A stretch of DNA of 64,000 bases from an uncultured Acidobacteriota bacterium (lineage in GTDB: Bacteria; Acidobacteriota; UBA6911). The translations under genes were made by a program, and so were the position numbers. The stretch spans positions 130,173 to 194,172 of the forward strand of contig CAVZBT010000001.1 of the NCBI GenBank assembly GCA_963773605.1. The letters are read 5' to 3'. Below the pieces are notes generated by a model, which made no database searches, was not told the DNA's origin, and saw only the letters and a program-made list of their open reading frames with translations. Positions 45,877-55,169 of this stretch are shown piece by piece. The number at the start of each line of letters is the position of its first letter. Position 1 is the first letter of the stretch.

Positions 45877-47160
45877 CTAGGTGGTGAGTTTGTTCAGGTC
45901 GAGTTTGGGGTCGTAGACTTCTTTCGACTTCAGAAGCTCGTCCCAGGTGATGGCTTTGCCGCTGTAGGCGGCGTTCCTGCCGAGCATGCAGGCCATCGCC
46001 GAATCGGCGCCCTGTGCGGTCTCGTTGAGGAACTTGCCACTCGTGATGCTCTCGACAAACGATTTCTGCTTTTCCGCATCGGCCTGATCCAGCGCGCCGG
46101 CGAAGGTGCCGGAGGCGGAGAACTGGCCGCCTGCCTGGTTGGACCCGAGCCCTGCATCCCAAGGCTCTTCGCCCGAGATGCTCATCCGGTGGTCGTAGTG
46201 GGCTTCGCAGCTGCCGCGGGTGCCGAAGAAGCGCACGGCGGCGTCGAACGCGTGCTTGTCGAACTGCGTGGACCCGAAGCTCACCTGGATGTCGTTCGGG
46301 TAGGTGAAGACCAGGTTGAAATTGTCGTAGCAGTCGCCGGTGTCCTGCCGCAGCTTGCGGCTGCCGGACCCGACTGCCTTCACCGGGTGCGTCTTCATGA
46401 TCCAGTTGCAGATGTCGATGACGTGCACGTTCTGCTCGACGATGATGTCGCCCGACAGCGAACGGTACCAGACCCAATTGCGCAGCCGCTTCTCGTCCGC
46501 CGAGGCTTTCGGCCAATCGGGGCGGTCGATGTGCGGACAGTAATAATACGCCAGCCCGCACCCGATCGTGCCGAGCGCTCCGCCCTGGATGCGGCGCACG
46601 AGCTCGACATAGGGGGGGGCTTTGCGGATCTGGAACCCGACCGCCATGCTCTGTTTCCCCTCGGCCTTTTTGCCGATCTCGACGACCTTCAGTGCGCCGG
46701 GAACATCGACGCCCACGGGCTTTTCGCAGTAGACGTGCTTGCCGGCGGCGACCGCCAACTCGAAGTGACGCGGATGGAAGTACGGCGGGGTCGAGACCAG
46801 AACCGCATCGACCGCCTTGGATGCAAGAATCCCCTCGTACGCCTTGGGTCCCTTGTAGAGCTGCGCGCTCGCGATCGCGGGCTTCCCCTTGGCCTGCAGC
46901 TTCTCGTTAAACGTCTTTAGCCCTTGTTCGATCCGGTCGGGGAAGAGGTCGGCCAAGGCCACCACCACGGCCGAAGTGTTTTCGACAAATCCCGTCCCTA
47001 CCGCGGTGCCTCGCCCTCCGCACCCGAGCACGCCCAGGGCCACGGCGGAGTTCGCCGCCGTGCCGCGCACCAGCTCGGGCTTGATGAACATGACACCCGC
47101 CGCGGCCGCCGCCGTGCCCAGGAACGCGCGGCGCCCTACTTTGCCGTCATGATGATCCAT
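45877..47160 (-). CDS. Gfo/Idh/MocA-family oxidoreductase, Tat-exported
   Basis: Tat signal GRRAFLGTAAAAAGVMFI, Rossmann ALGVLGCGGRG and the EKP motif (YCEKPV). Confidence 0.85.
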   Translation of the reverse strand: MDHHDGKVGRRAFLGTAAAAAGVMFIKPELVRGTAANSAVALGVLGCGGRGTAVGTGFVENTSAVVVALADLFPDRIEQGLKTFNEKLQAKGKPAIASAQLYKGPKAYEGILASKAVDAVLVSTPPYFHPRHFELAVAAGKHVYCEKPVGVDVPGALKVVEIGKKAEGKQSMAVGFQIRKAPPYVELVRRIQGGALGTIGCGLAYYYCPHIDRPDWPKASADEKRLRNWVWYRSLSGDIIVEQNVHVIDICNWIMKTHPVKAVGSGSRKLRQDTGDCYDNFNLVFTYPNDIQVSFGSTQFDKHAFDAAVRFFGTRGSCEAHYDHRMSISGEEPWDAGLGSNQAGGQFSASGTFAGALDQADAEKQKSFVESITSGKFLNETAQGADSAMACMLGRNAAYSGKAITWDELLKSKEVYDPKLDLNKLTT

Positions 47161-47342
47161 AAGTATCGTGTCTCCTTTCTAAAGAGAGCATCCTCAACAC
47201 TCGGAATGAGGCCATCAAGCCTTAACTCTATCAAAAATCAGCCTGTTTTGAGCATATAAACCGTGATCGGCGCGGGCGGCTGAAGCAGTAGCGACCGTCA
47301 GACGGGGCGCCGGCGCCGCTGTCCGAGTTCGGGCCGGCCTCT

Positions 47343-47366
47343 GCGGCGTCGAGCCCGCGCACTCCA
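47343..47366 (+). repeat. degenerate GC-rich palindromic repeat core
   Basis: GCGGCGTCGAGCccGCGCACTCCA has 2 mismatches to the core. It is preceded by the palindrome GGCGCCGGCGCC at about 47306-47317. Confidence 0.55.
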
Positions 47367-47469
47367 GACGGCTCGCTCCTACGAAGTGCGGTTGGATGCT
47401 GGGTGTCGGCTGTCGGCCGGTAAGAGGTGCCACCGTCGTGGTAATCCGTTCCCGAACCTTTCGCGTGAC

Positions 47470-47725
47470 CACCCCCGGCCCCGGTCCGGTTCAACGTCGT
47501 GCGCCTCAGGGAATACATGCCCCTGGGGCAGCGGGTAGACACCTTCGCGGTCGATGCCTGGCGCGCCGGGACGTGGCGGGAGTTCGCCCGCGGCCCCTCG
47601 ATCGGCAGCCAGCGCCTGGTGCGCACTGCGGCACCGGTAACCACCGAGCGCCTGCGGCTGCGCACATCACCGACGCCCCCGTCTGCCCGGCCATCTCCGA
47701 ACTCGCCCTCTTCGTGGAACCGTGA
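47470..47725 (+). pseudogene. relic of the C-terminal domain of an alpha-L-fucosidase-like (GH29) gene
   Basis: FNVVRLREYMPLGQRVDTFAVDAWRAGTWREFARGPSIGSQRLVRTAAPVTTERLRLR, then after a frame change ITDAPVCPAISELALFVEP and a stop. The pattern resembles the C-terminal beta-sandwich of GH29 fucosidases. No upstream catalytic domain is present. Confidence 0.45.
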
Positions 47726-47919
47726 CTCCGGCAGATCCTTCGAGGTCCTGGCCGCCTTGGGGGCGAATTCTGCGGGGCTCACCTCCGAGGCTCGAAGCGC
47801 TCGAGGAAGCGCCAGGTCGCCGGGGCGGGTCTCTCGGGAAAGTTATCTTAACTTGATCTGTGTCCCTGCCGGCCTTACTGTACAGGAAACTTAACCCGGA
47901 CCGGAACGGTGCGACGCTA

Positions 47920-49269
47920 ATGAAAATACGGCTTTTCGAAGTGCTCGACGAGAGAGGTCAGAAACAGCGGTGGCTTCTCGCCGCGCTCAGGGAGCGCGGC
48001 TACGCGGTCAGCGAGAGTTATCTCTCCCAGATCAAGTCCGGCGTGAAGCAGCCGAATCGCGAGTTTGTCCGGGCCGTCTGCGAAGTCCTGGGCATGTCCG
48101 AACAGTCGCTGTTCCCGGTCACAGGAGGCAAGTCGATGATGAGCAGCAAGAGCGGCACCAAGAGAGGCGCCCCGAAGGAGCGCAAAGGCGGGCAAGCGAA
48201 GATCAACGTGGCGATCGTGGGGGTGGGCAACTGCGCCTCGTCCCTGGTCCAGGGGGTTCAGTTCTACCAGGACGCGGCCGAGGACCGGTTCATCCCGGGC
48301 CTCATGCACGCCAACCTCGGCGGGTACCACGTGCGGGACATCCGCTTCGTCGCGGCGATCGACATCGACGCCAACAAGGTCGGCAAGGACCTTTCCGAGG
48401 CGATCTTCACCAGCCCGAACAACACGCTCAAGCTCTGCGACGTGCCGCATCTCGGGGTGCGGGTGGCCCGGGGCATGACCCACGATGGCCTCGGGAAGTA
48501 TCTCTCGAAGATCATCAAGAAGTCCGCAGGGGGGACCGAGGACATCGTGAAGCTGCTGCGCGAGAGCAAGGCCGACGTGGTGGTCAACTACCTCCCGGTG
48601 GGGTCGGAGGAAGCCACGAAGTGGTATGTCGAGCAGGTGCTCGCGGCCGGCTGCGGTTTCGTCAACTGCATCCCGGTCTTCATCGCGCGCGACCAGTACC
48701 ACTACTGGCCGCGGCGTTTCCAGGAGGCCGGCCTCCCGATCATCGGCGACGACATCAAGTCGCAGGTCGGGGCCACGATCGTGCACCGCGTGCTGACACG
48801 GCTTTTCCAGGAACGCGGTGTGCGGTTGGACCGGACGTACCAGCTGAATTTCGGAGGCAACACGGACTTCTTGAACATGCTCGAGCGGGAGAGGCTCGAA
48901 TCCAAGAAAATCTCCAAGACGAACGCCGTCACCTCGCAGCTCGACTACGGGCTGCCGGCCGACGACGTGCACGTCGGGCCGTCGGACTACGTGCCGTGGC
49001 TGAAGGACCGGAAGTTCTGCCACATCCGGATGGAGGGGACGACCTTCGGCGACGTGCCGCTGAACGTGGAGGTGAAGCTCGAGGTCTGGGACAGCCCCAA
49101 CTCGGCCGGCGTCGTGATCGACGCGATCCGCTGCGCCAAGCTCGCCCTCGACAGGAAAATCGGGGGCCCGCTGCTCGCCCCGTCTTCGTATTTCATGAAA
49201 TCGCCGCCGGAGCAGTACCCCGACAACATCTGCCGCGAAAAGGTCGAAGCCTTCATCGCCGGCCCGTAG
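47920..49269 (+). CDS. inositol-3-phosphate synthase with in-frame N-terminal XRE-type HTH extension (alternative independent start at ATG 48135)
   Basis: Residues from [19 protein letters not shown] onward carry MIPS motifs ([36 protein letters not shown]). Upstream and in frame, [65 protein letters not shown] fits an XRE/Cro HTH. A strong AGGAGG (48123-48128) lies 6 nt before the internal ATG 48135. Confidence 0.75.
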   Translation: MKIRLFEVLDERGQKQRWLLAALRERGYAVSESYLSQIKSGVKQPNREFVRAVCEVLGMSEQSLFPVTGGKSMMSSKSGTKRGAPKERKGGQAKINVAIVGVGNCASSLVQGVQFYQDAAEDRFIPGLMHANLGGYHVRDIRFVAAIDIDANKVGKDLSEAIFTSPNNTLKLCDVPHLGVRVARGMTHDGLGKYLSKIIKKSAGGTEDIVKLLRESKADVVVNYLPVGSEEATKWYVEQVLAAGCGFVNCIPVFIARDQYHYWPRRFQEAGLPIIGDDIKSQVGATIVHRVLTRLFQERGVRLDRTYQLNFGGNTDFLNMLERERLESKKISKTNAVTSQLDYGLPADDVHVGPSDYVPWLKDRKFCHIRMEGTTFGDVPLNVEVKLEVWDSPNSAGVVIDAIRCAKLALDRKIGGPLLAPSSYFMKSPPEQYPDNICREKVEAFIAGP

Positions 49270-49272
49270 GTC

Positions 49273-51741
49273 TCAAACGCCCAGGGCGGAGCGGCGCAGG
49301 AGGTCGGCGCGGTCGCAGGCGCGCCGGACGGCGTAGCCGCGCAGCGGCAGGATGTGCTCGTGGACCGCGTCGACGATGTCGGCCGGGAAGGGGAAGAAGG
49401 CGTCCTCGACCTCGTCGGCCGGCGTGATCCAGTTGCGCGCCCCGACGACCGCCGGCGGGGCGTCCAGGTCGTCGAACCCCAGCAGCGTGACCGTGGCCGC
49501 CATCGTCTGCAGGACGCTGCCGCGCGCGCACGCGTCGCTGGCGAGCAGAATCTTGTGGGTCTTGCGTACCGACTCGAGCACTTTGTCGTAGTTCAAGGGC
49601 ACGATGGAGCGCGCGTCGATCACCTCGCACTCCACCCCGAAGCGCGTTTCGAGTTCCCGGGCCGCCTCCAGCACCCGGTACAGGGTCGCCCCGACGCTGA
49701 GGATCGTGAGGTCCCTGCCGGCCTTCTTGACGTCGGGCTCGCCTATCGGGACCTCGAACGCCCCCTCCGGGACGCCTCCCGGGACGAACTCCTCCGGCAC
49801 GTCGTAGATGCGCTGGCTTTCGAAAAACACCACCGGGTCGCTCCCGAGCAGCGCCGAGTACATGAGACCCTTGGCGTCATAGGGTGTCGCCGGGAAGACC
49901 ACCTTCAGGCCCGGGACATGGGCGCACATGGCGCTCCAGTCCTGGCTGTGCTGCGCCCCGTACTTGGAGCCGACCGAGACCCGCACGACGACGGGCATCC
50001 GCAGCAGCCCGCCCGACATCGCCTGCCACTTCGAGAGCTGGTTGAACAACTCGTCGCCGGCCCTCCCCATGAAGTCGCAGTACATCAGCTCGACCAGCGC
50101 GCGCCCGCCCTCCAGCCCGTAGCCGACCGCGGTGCCCACGATAGCCCCCTCCGAGATGGGCGAGTTGAACAGCCGGTGGTAGGGGAGCGCCTCGGTCAGG
50201 CCCCGGTAGACCCCGAACGCCCCGCCCCAGTCGCGGTTCTCCTCACCGTAGGCGATCAGGGCGGGGTCGGCGTAAAAGCGGTCCAGGATGGCCTCGAACA
50301 GGGCGTCGCGGATCCCGATGCAGCGGCCGTTGGGCAGCCGCGTCCCCTTGCCGTCGAAGGCCGACCGGCTGCGTTTGGCGAGCTGCTGCACGCGCGGGTT
50401 CTGCTCTTTCGGGATCAGCACATCGGCGGTCCCCTCGCCCGTGCGCTCCAGCCGGCGGTTGGAAAACATCACCTGCTCCAGGAGGCACCCGGGGCGCATC
50501 AGGTCCGCCCGGGCCGAGACGGCGGGGTCGATCGCGTTCCGGTAGGCTTTCAGGACCAGGGCGTCGACCGCGCCGTCGACCCGCTGCAGCTCCTCGCGGC
50601 TCGCCACCCCGGCGGCGACGAGGTCGTGGCCGAAGGCCAGGATCGGGTCGATGCGCTGCCACATTTCGATCTCCGACTTCTCGCGGTAGGAACTCGCATC
50701 GGACGGCGAGTGGCCGCTGTACCGGTACGTCACGGTGTCGAGCAGGACGGGGCCGTCCCCGCGCTGCAGCAAGGCGCGCTTGCGGACGATGGCGTCGGCC
50801 ACCGCGAGCGGATTGTAGCCATCGATGCGCTCGGCATGCATCTGCTCCGGGTTCAGCCCCGCGCCGATCCGGGCCAGGACGTGCTGCCCCATGGTCTCGC
50901 CCACGGGCTGTCCGCCCATGCCGTAGAAGTTGTTGACGAAGTTCATGACCAGCGGCAGGCCGCCCCGGCGCGGGGGATCCCACAGGGTCCGGAACTGGTC
51001 CATGGTCGCAAAACACAACCCTTCCCAGACCGGGCCGCACGCCGAAGACGCGTCCCCGATGTTGCAGATGACGATGCCGGGCGCGCGGTTGACGTGCTTG
51101 TACAGGGCCGCCCCGACCGAAATGTCCCCCGACCCGCCCACGATGGCGTTGTTCGGGTAGATCCCGAACGGGGTGAAGAAGACGTGCATCGACCCGCCGA
51201 AGCCCTTGTTGAACCCCGGCTCCCGGCCGAAAATCTCCGCCAGGGTGCCGTACACCAGGTACTCGACGGCCAGGTCCCCCACCGAGGCGTGCGACCCGTC
51301 ATCGACAACCCGAAGGCACGCGCCGTCGAAGTAGCCGCGCATGATGGCCAACAGCCGGTCCCCTTCGAGCTTGGCGGCGGCCGAGAGCCCCTTGGCGAGC
51401 ACCTCGCCGTGGCTGCGGTGGCTGCCGTAGATGTGGTCGTCGACGCTCAGGGGGAGCGCCTGACCTACCGCCGACGCCTCCTGCCCGATCGAAAGGTGGC
51501 CCGGGCCGCGGTGGGTGTACTCGATCCCCTTCCATTTTCCCTGCAGCTTCACCTCGCTCAACATCGTTTCAAAGATGCGGATGATCTGCATGTCGCGGTA
51601 CACCTGCACCAGCTGCCCAGGACTGTAGCGGTCCAACTCGTCGCGCACGGTGCGGTCGTACCGGTTCAACGGGATCGGCGCAAGCTCGAGCGCGCCCTTC
51701 GCCCGGGCTTCCTCGGGCACAATCATGAGGCTCTTGGTCAT
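49273..51741 (-). CDS. thiamine-diphosphate-dependent 2-oxoacid dehydrogenase E1 component, fused alpha/beta subunits
   Basis: 822-aa intact ORF. The alpha part has [13 protein letters not shown] and [10 protein letters not shown]. The beta part has [32 protein letters not shown]. Confidence 0.85.
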   Translation of the reverse strand: MTKSLMIVPEEARAKGALELAPIPLNRYDRTVRDELDRYSPGQLVQVYRDMQIIRIFETMLSEVKLQGKWKGIEYTHRGPGHLSIGQEASAVGQALPLSVDDHIYGSHRSHGEVLAKGLSAAAKLEGDRLLAIMRGYFDGACLRVVDDGSHASVGDLAVEYLVYGTLAEIFGREPGFNKGFGGSMHVFFTPFGIYPNNAIVGGSGDISVGAALYKHVNRAPGIVICNIGDASSACGPVWEGLCFATMDQFRTLWDPPRRGGLPLVMNFVNNFYGMGGQPVGETMGQHVLARIGAGLNPEQMHAERIDGYNPLAVADAIVRKRALLQRGDGPVLLDTVTYRYSGHSPSDASSYREKSEIEMWQRIDPILAFGHDLVAAGVASREELQRVDGAVDALVLKAYRNAIDPAVSARADLMRPGCLLEQVMFSNRRLERTGEGTADVLIPKEQNPRVQQLAKRSRSAFDGKGTRLPNGRCIGIRDALFEAILDRFYADPALIAYGEENRDWGGAFGVYRGLTEALPYHRLFNSPISEGAIVGTAVGYGLEGGRALVELMYCDFMGRAGDELFNQLSKWQAMSGGLLRMPVVVRVSVGSKYGAQHSQDWSAMCAHVPGLKVVFPATPYDAKGLMYSALLGSDPVVFFESQRIYDVPEEFVPGGVPEGAFEVPIGEPDVKKAGRDLTILSVGATLYRVLEAARELETRFGVECEVIDARSIVPLNYDKVLESVRKTHKILLASDACARGSVLQTMAATVTLLGFDDLDAPPAVVGARNWITPADEVEDAFFPFPADIVDAVHEHILPLRGYAVRRACDRADLLRRSALGV

Positions 51742-51760
51742 GGATCACTCCTGGGACTCG

Positions 51761-52550
51761 TCACCCCGCGGGGCCGCCCGGGACCGGTTCCGGGAAAATC
51801 ACGTCGATGCCCCGCGCGGTCAGAAACTCCTGCCACTCCGCCGCCGGTTCCTGGTCGGTGACGATGCGCGAGATGTCGTCCAGCTCGCAAATCTTGAACA
51901 GCGACGGGGTCATCAACTTGGTGTGGTCTACGAGCAGGATCGTCTCGCGCGCGTTGCGGATCGCCTGCCGGTACAAGTGCGCGCTCTCGATGTCGCTGGC
52001 GCTCACGCCGAAATCCCGGCTGAGCCCGTCGGCGCCGACAAATGCGACATACCCGCGCAGCTGCTCGATGGACGTCGTCGCCAGCGGCCCGACCGAGTCC
52101 ATGCGCTCCGGGCGGTAATGCCCCCCGATCAGGATCACGCTGATCTCGGCGCTGTTGCCGAGTTCGAACGCCAGACGGGTGGAGTTGACGATCGACCCGC
52201 AGGCCGCGGCGCCGCTTCAGGTGGTGGCACATCTCGAAGCAGGTCGTGCCGGAGTCGATGAAGATCTGCTCGTTGTCCGAAACCAGCCCGGCCGCCAGCC
52301 CCCCGATCACCCGCTTCGCTTCCACGTTGCGCATCGCCTTGGAGCGAAACGAGAAGTCAGTGGCGCGCGGCAGCGTCGCCCCGCCGTAGACCAGCTCGAC
52401 CTGCGACAAATCCGCCAGCGAACGCAGGTCGCGCCGCACCGTGGCGTCCGACACCGCCATGTCCTGCGCCAGCTTCTTCACCTCCACCCGCCCCTCATCC
52501 AGGATCCGACGCAGGATGAAGTCGCGCCTGCGGCCCGTGCTCGCGCTCAT
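51761..52550 (-). pseudogene. DeoR-family transcriptional regulator, one frameshift (possibly a sequence error)
   Basis: N-terminal HTH (VEVKKLAQDMAVSDATVRRDLRSL) is in ORF 51738-52550. The C-terminal effector part (ILIGGHYRPERMDSVGPLA...LLVDHTKL) is in ORF 51761-52138. The junction is at about 52195. Confidence 0.8.
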
Positions 52551-52598
52551 AGCATGTTAGAATCGCTCACAATACGACATCGAATCAACAAAAAAGCG

Positions 52599-52632
52599 TA
52601 CACATTTGTAATAGAGTGTGCTCAAATGTGTA
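52599..52632. promoter_or_regulatory. perfect 10-bp inverted repeat, candidate operator in the divergent deoR / E2 promoter region
   Basis: TACACATTTG (52599-52608), N14, CAAATGTGTA (52623-52632), within an AT-rich 184-bp divergent gap. Confidence 0.45.
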
Positions 52633-52734
52633 GATTATGGGTCGATTCTTGGCTATTGGGCGTTCTGATCGCTTCCGGGGCACCTCAGAAATCAATAGTC
52701 AAGGCCTGACCCCGGTAGTTTCGAGGAGGCGCGC

Positions 52735-53866
52735 ATGAGCAAGGTCACGATGCCGAAGGCCGGGCAGTCGATGGAGGAGGGGACCATCCTGCAGTGGCGC
52801 AAGCGCGAAGGCGACCGCGTCGAGAAGGGAGAGATCCTGCTCGAGATCGACACCGACAAGGCCACCGTCGAGGTCGAGGCGCCCGAATCGGGCGTCCTGC
52901 GCAAGATTCTCTGCGCCGAGGGGGAGACGGTGCCGGTGCTGCAGCCGATCGCCATCCTGGCCGGTGCCACCGACGACATTGCCGGCGGAACTGGCCGAGG
53001 TGCAATCCCGGCCGGAGGCCCCGGCAGTGCCCGTAGACCGCCCGAAGGCCTCGCCGGCCGCGCGCGGCGCCGCGGCTCGGCTCGGGGTCCGGCTCTCGTC
53101 GCTCGGTGCGGGGAGCGGTCCCGGCGGGCGGCTCTTGTCGACCGACGTCGCCGCGGCCGCGCCACGGGCGACGCCGGGGCCGGCGGTTGCGCCGGTCTGC
53201 GGCCGTGACGGCGCGCCCGCTGGCCGGCATGCGCCGCGCCATCGCGCGCAGCATGACCGTTTCGAAACAGGGGATACCGCACTTTTATGTGCAAGCTGAC
53301 GATCGACGCCGGTCCCCTGTACGCGCTTCTATCGCGAGCAAAAGGCGCAGCATGCGTGCACGATTAATGATATCGTGACCTTGGCCTGCGCCCGCGTGAT
53401 CCGCGATTTTCCGGCGTTCCGCAGCCGCGTGGAAGACGACCAGGTGGTGGAGTACCCGGCCGCCTCGATCGGGGTGGCGGTGGCGGTTGAGGAAGGTCTC
53501 GTCGTGCCGGTGGTGCTGGGTGCCGACAGCCTGTCGCTGGTCCAGATGGCGGGTGAGACGCAGCGGATCATCGAAGCGGCGCGCAAGGGGAAAGTGGTGG
53601 CCATGGGGCAGGGTGTGTTCACCGTGTCCAACCTCGGCTCTTTCGGGATCGAGGAGTTTACGGCGATCATCAACCCGCCCGAATCGGCGATCCTGGCGGT
53701 CGGGGCCATGCGCGAGTCGGTGGTGGTCCGGGACGCGGGGATCCGGCCGGCCCGCGTCATGACGATGACGCTCAGCGCCGACCACCGGCTGATCGACGGT
53801 TTGATGGCGGCGCGTTTTCTCTCTGCGCTCAGGCAGCTGCTCGAAGCGCCGGAACAGCTGCTCTGA
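52735..53866 (+). pseudogene. 2-oxoacid dehydrogenase E2 (dihydrolipoamide acyltransferase), about 4 frameshifts
   Basis: Lipoyl domain (EIDTDKATVEVEAP), E3-binding domain (KASPAARGAAARLGVRLSSLGAGSGPGGRLLSTDV) and catalytic domain (RPLAGMRRAIARSMTVSKQGIPHFYV ... SADHRLIDG) lie in successive frames. Junctions are at about 52980, 53180, 53295 and 53325. Confidence 0.8.
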
Positions 53867-53884
53867 TCGACGTTGGTTTATTGC

Positions 53885-55158
53885 ATGCACGAAGCCATTT
53901 GCCGGCTGCGCGGCGTCTTACCGTTGCCGGAACCTGTGAGCCCGGCACGGGACGGATCCCCCTCGTCGAACGCCCACATTCATCTCCCGCCGAACTTCTC
54001 TGCCTTCGAGAGCCTCGAACAGGCGGTCGACCTGGCCGCCGCACAGGGAGTGCGCGTCCTGGGGGCCAGCAATTACTACGACTATTCGATGTACGGACGG
54101 TTCGCCGCGCGGGCGCTGGCCCACGGCGTCTACCCGGTGTTCGGTCTGGAGATCATCGCCCTGCTCCCGCAACTCCGTGACGCCGGCATCCTGGTCAACG
54201 ATCCCGGGAACCCCGGCAAGATCTACCTGTGCGGCAAGGGGATCACACGGTTCGAGGAGATGACGCTCGCAGGCGGCGCAATCCCTGCTCGGGCTGATCC
54301 GGGAGCGGGACGCGGCCCGCATCCGGGAAGTCGTGGCGCGGGTGTCGCGGTGTTTCCAGGCCGCGGGCGTGCCCGTCGAACTCGACGACGCTGCGATCAT
54401 CGACCGCGTGGTCCGCCGGCACGGGGTGAGGCGCGAGACTCGTTGTCCTGCAGGAGCGCCACGTGGCCCAGGCGTTCCAGGAGGAGCTGTTCCGCCTCGT
54501 CTCCGAGCGCCCGGCGGGCCGCCGCGCTCGGCCGGATCCTGGGCGCATTGTCCAAGGCTGCTCCCGAACGATCACGTGCGGGTCCAGAACGAGTTCCGGG
54601 CGCACCTGATGAAGACGGGGAAACCGGCCTACGTGGAAGAGTGTTTCGTTTCGATGGAGGAGGCCTGCCGGCTCGTGCTGGAGCTCGGCGGCATCCCGTG
54701 CTACCCCACGTTGGCCGACGGCGCTCACCCGATCTGCGGCTACGAGGACCCGCCGCAGAAGCTGATCGATACCCTGTGCTCGAAACCGGATCTACTGTGC
54801 GGAGTTCATCCCGCTGCGCAACCAGCCCGTCGTGCTCGAGCGCTACGTGCGCGCCTTCCGTGCGGCCGGTTTCGTGGTGACGGCCGGCACCGAGCACAAC
54901 ACGCTCGACCTGATCCCCGATGGCGCCGGCGTGCGTCGGCGGCGCACCGATCGCGCCCGGAGCTGAAGGCGATTTTCGCCGAGGGTGCGTGCGTCACGGT
55001 CGCCCACCAGTTCCTGGGGCTGCACGGGGAGTGCGGCTATGTCGATCCGACGGGCAACCTCAATCCCGGGCTTCTCGGACCCCGAAGAGCGAATCCGCTA
55101 TTTCCATCGGCTCGGCGCGGCTGTGCTCTCCAGCCAGACCCATGCGCTCCCGGGCTGA
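53885..55158 (+). pseudogene. PHP-like metal-dependent hydrolase family protein (tentative), about 8 frameshifts
   Basis: Protein-like segments (NAHIHLPPNFSAFESLEQAVDLAAAQGVRVLGASNYYDY...; QAAQSLLGLIRERDAARIREVV...; LVVLQERHVAQAFQEELFRLVSE; NDHVRVQNEFRAHLMKTGKPAYVEE...; IYCAEFIPLRNQPVVLERYVRAFRAAGFVVTAGTEHNTLDLIP; ELKAIFAEGACVTVAHQFLGLHGECGYVDPTGNLNPG; FSDPEERIRYFHRLGAAVLSSQ) step through the frames in order. Confidence 0.6.
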
Positions 55159-55169
55159 GGAGGACAGAA

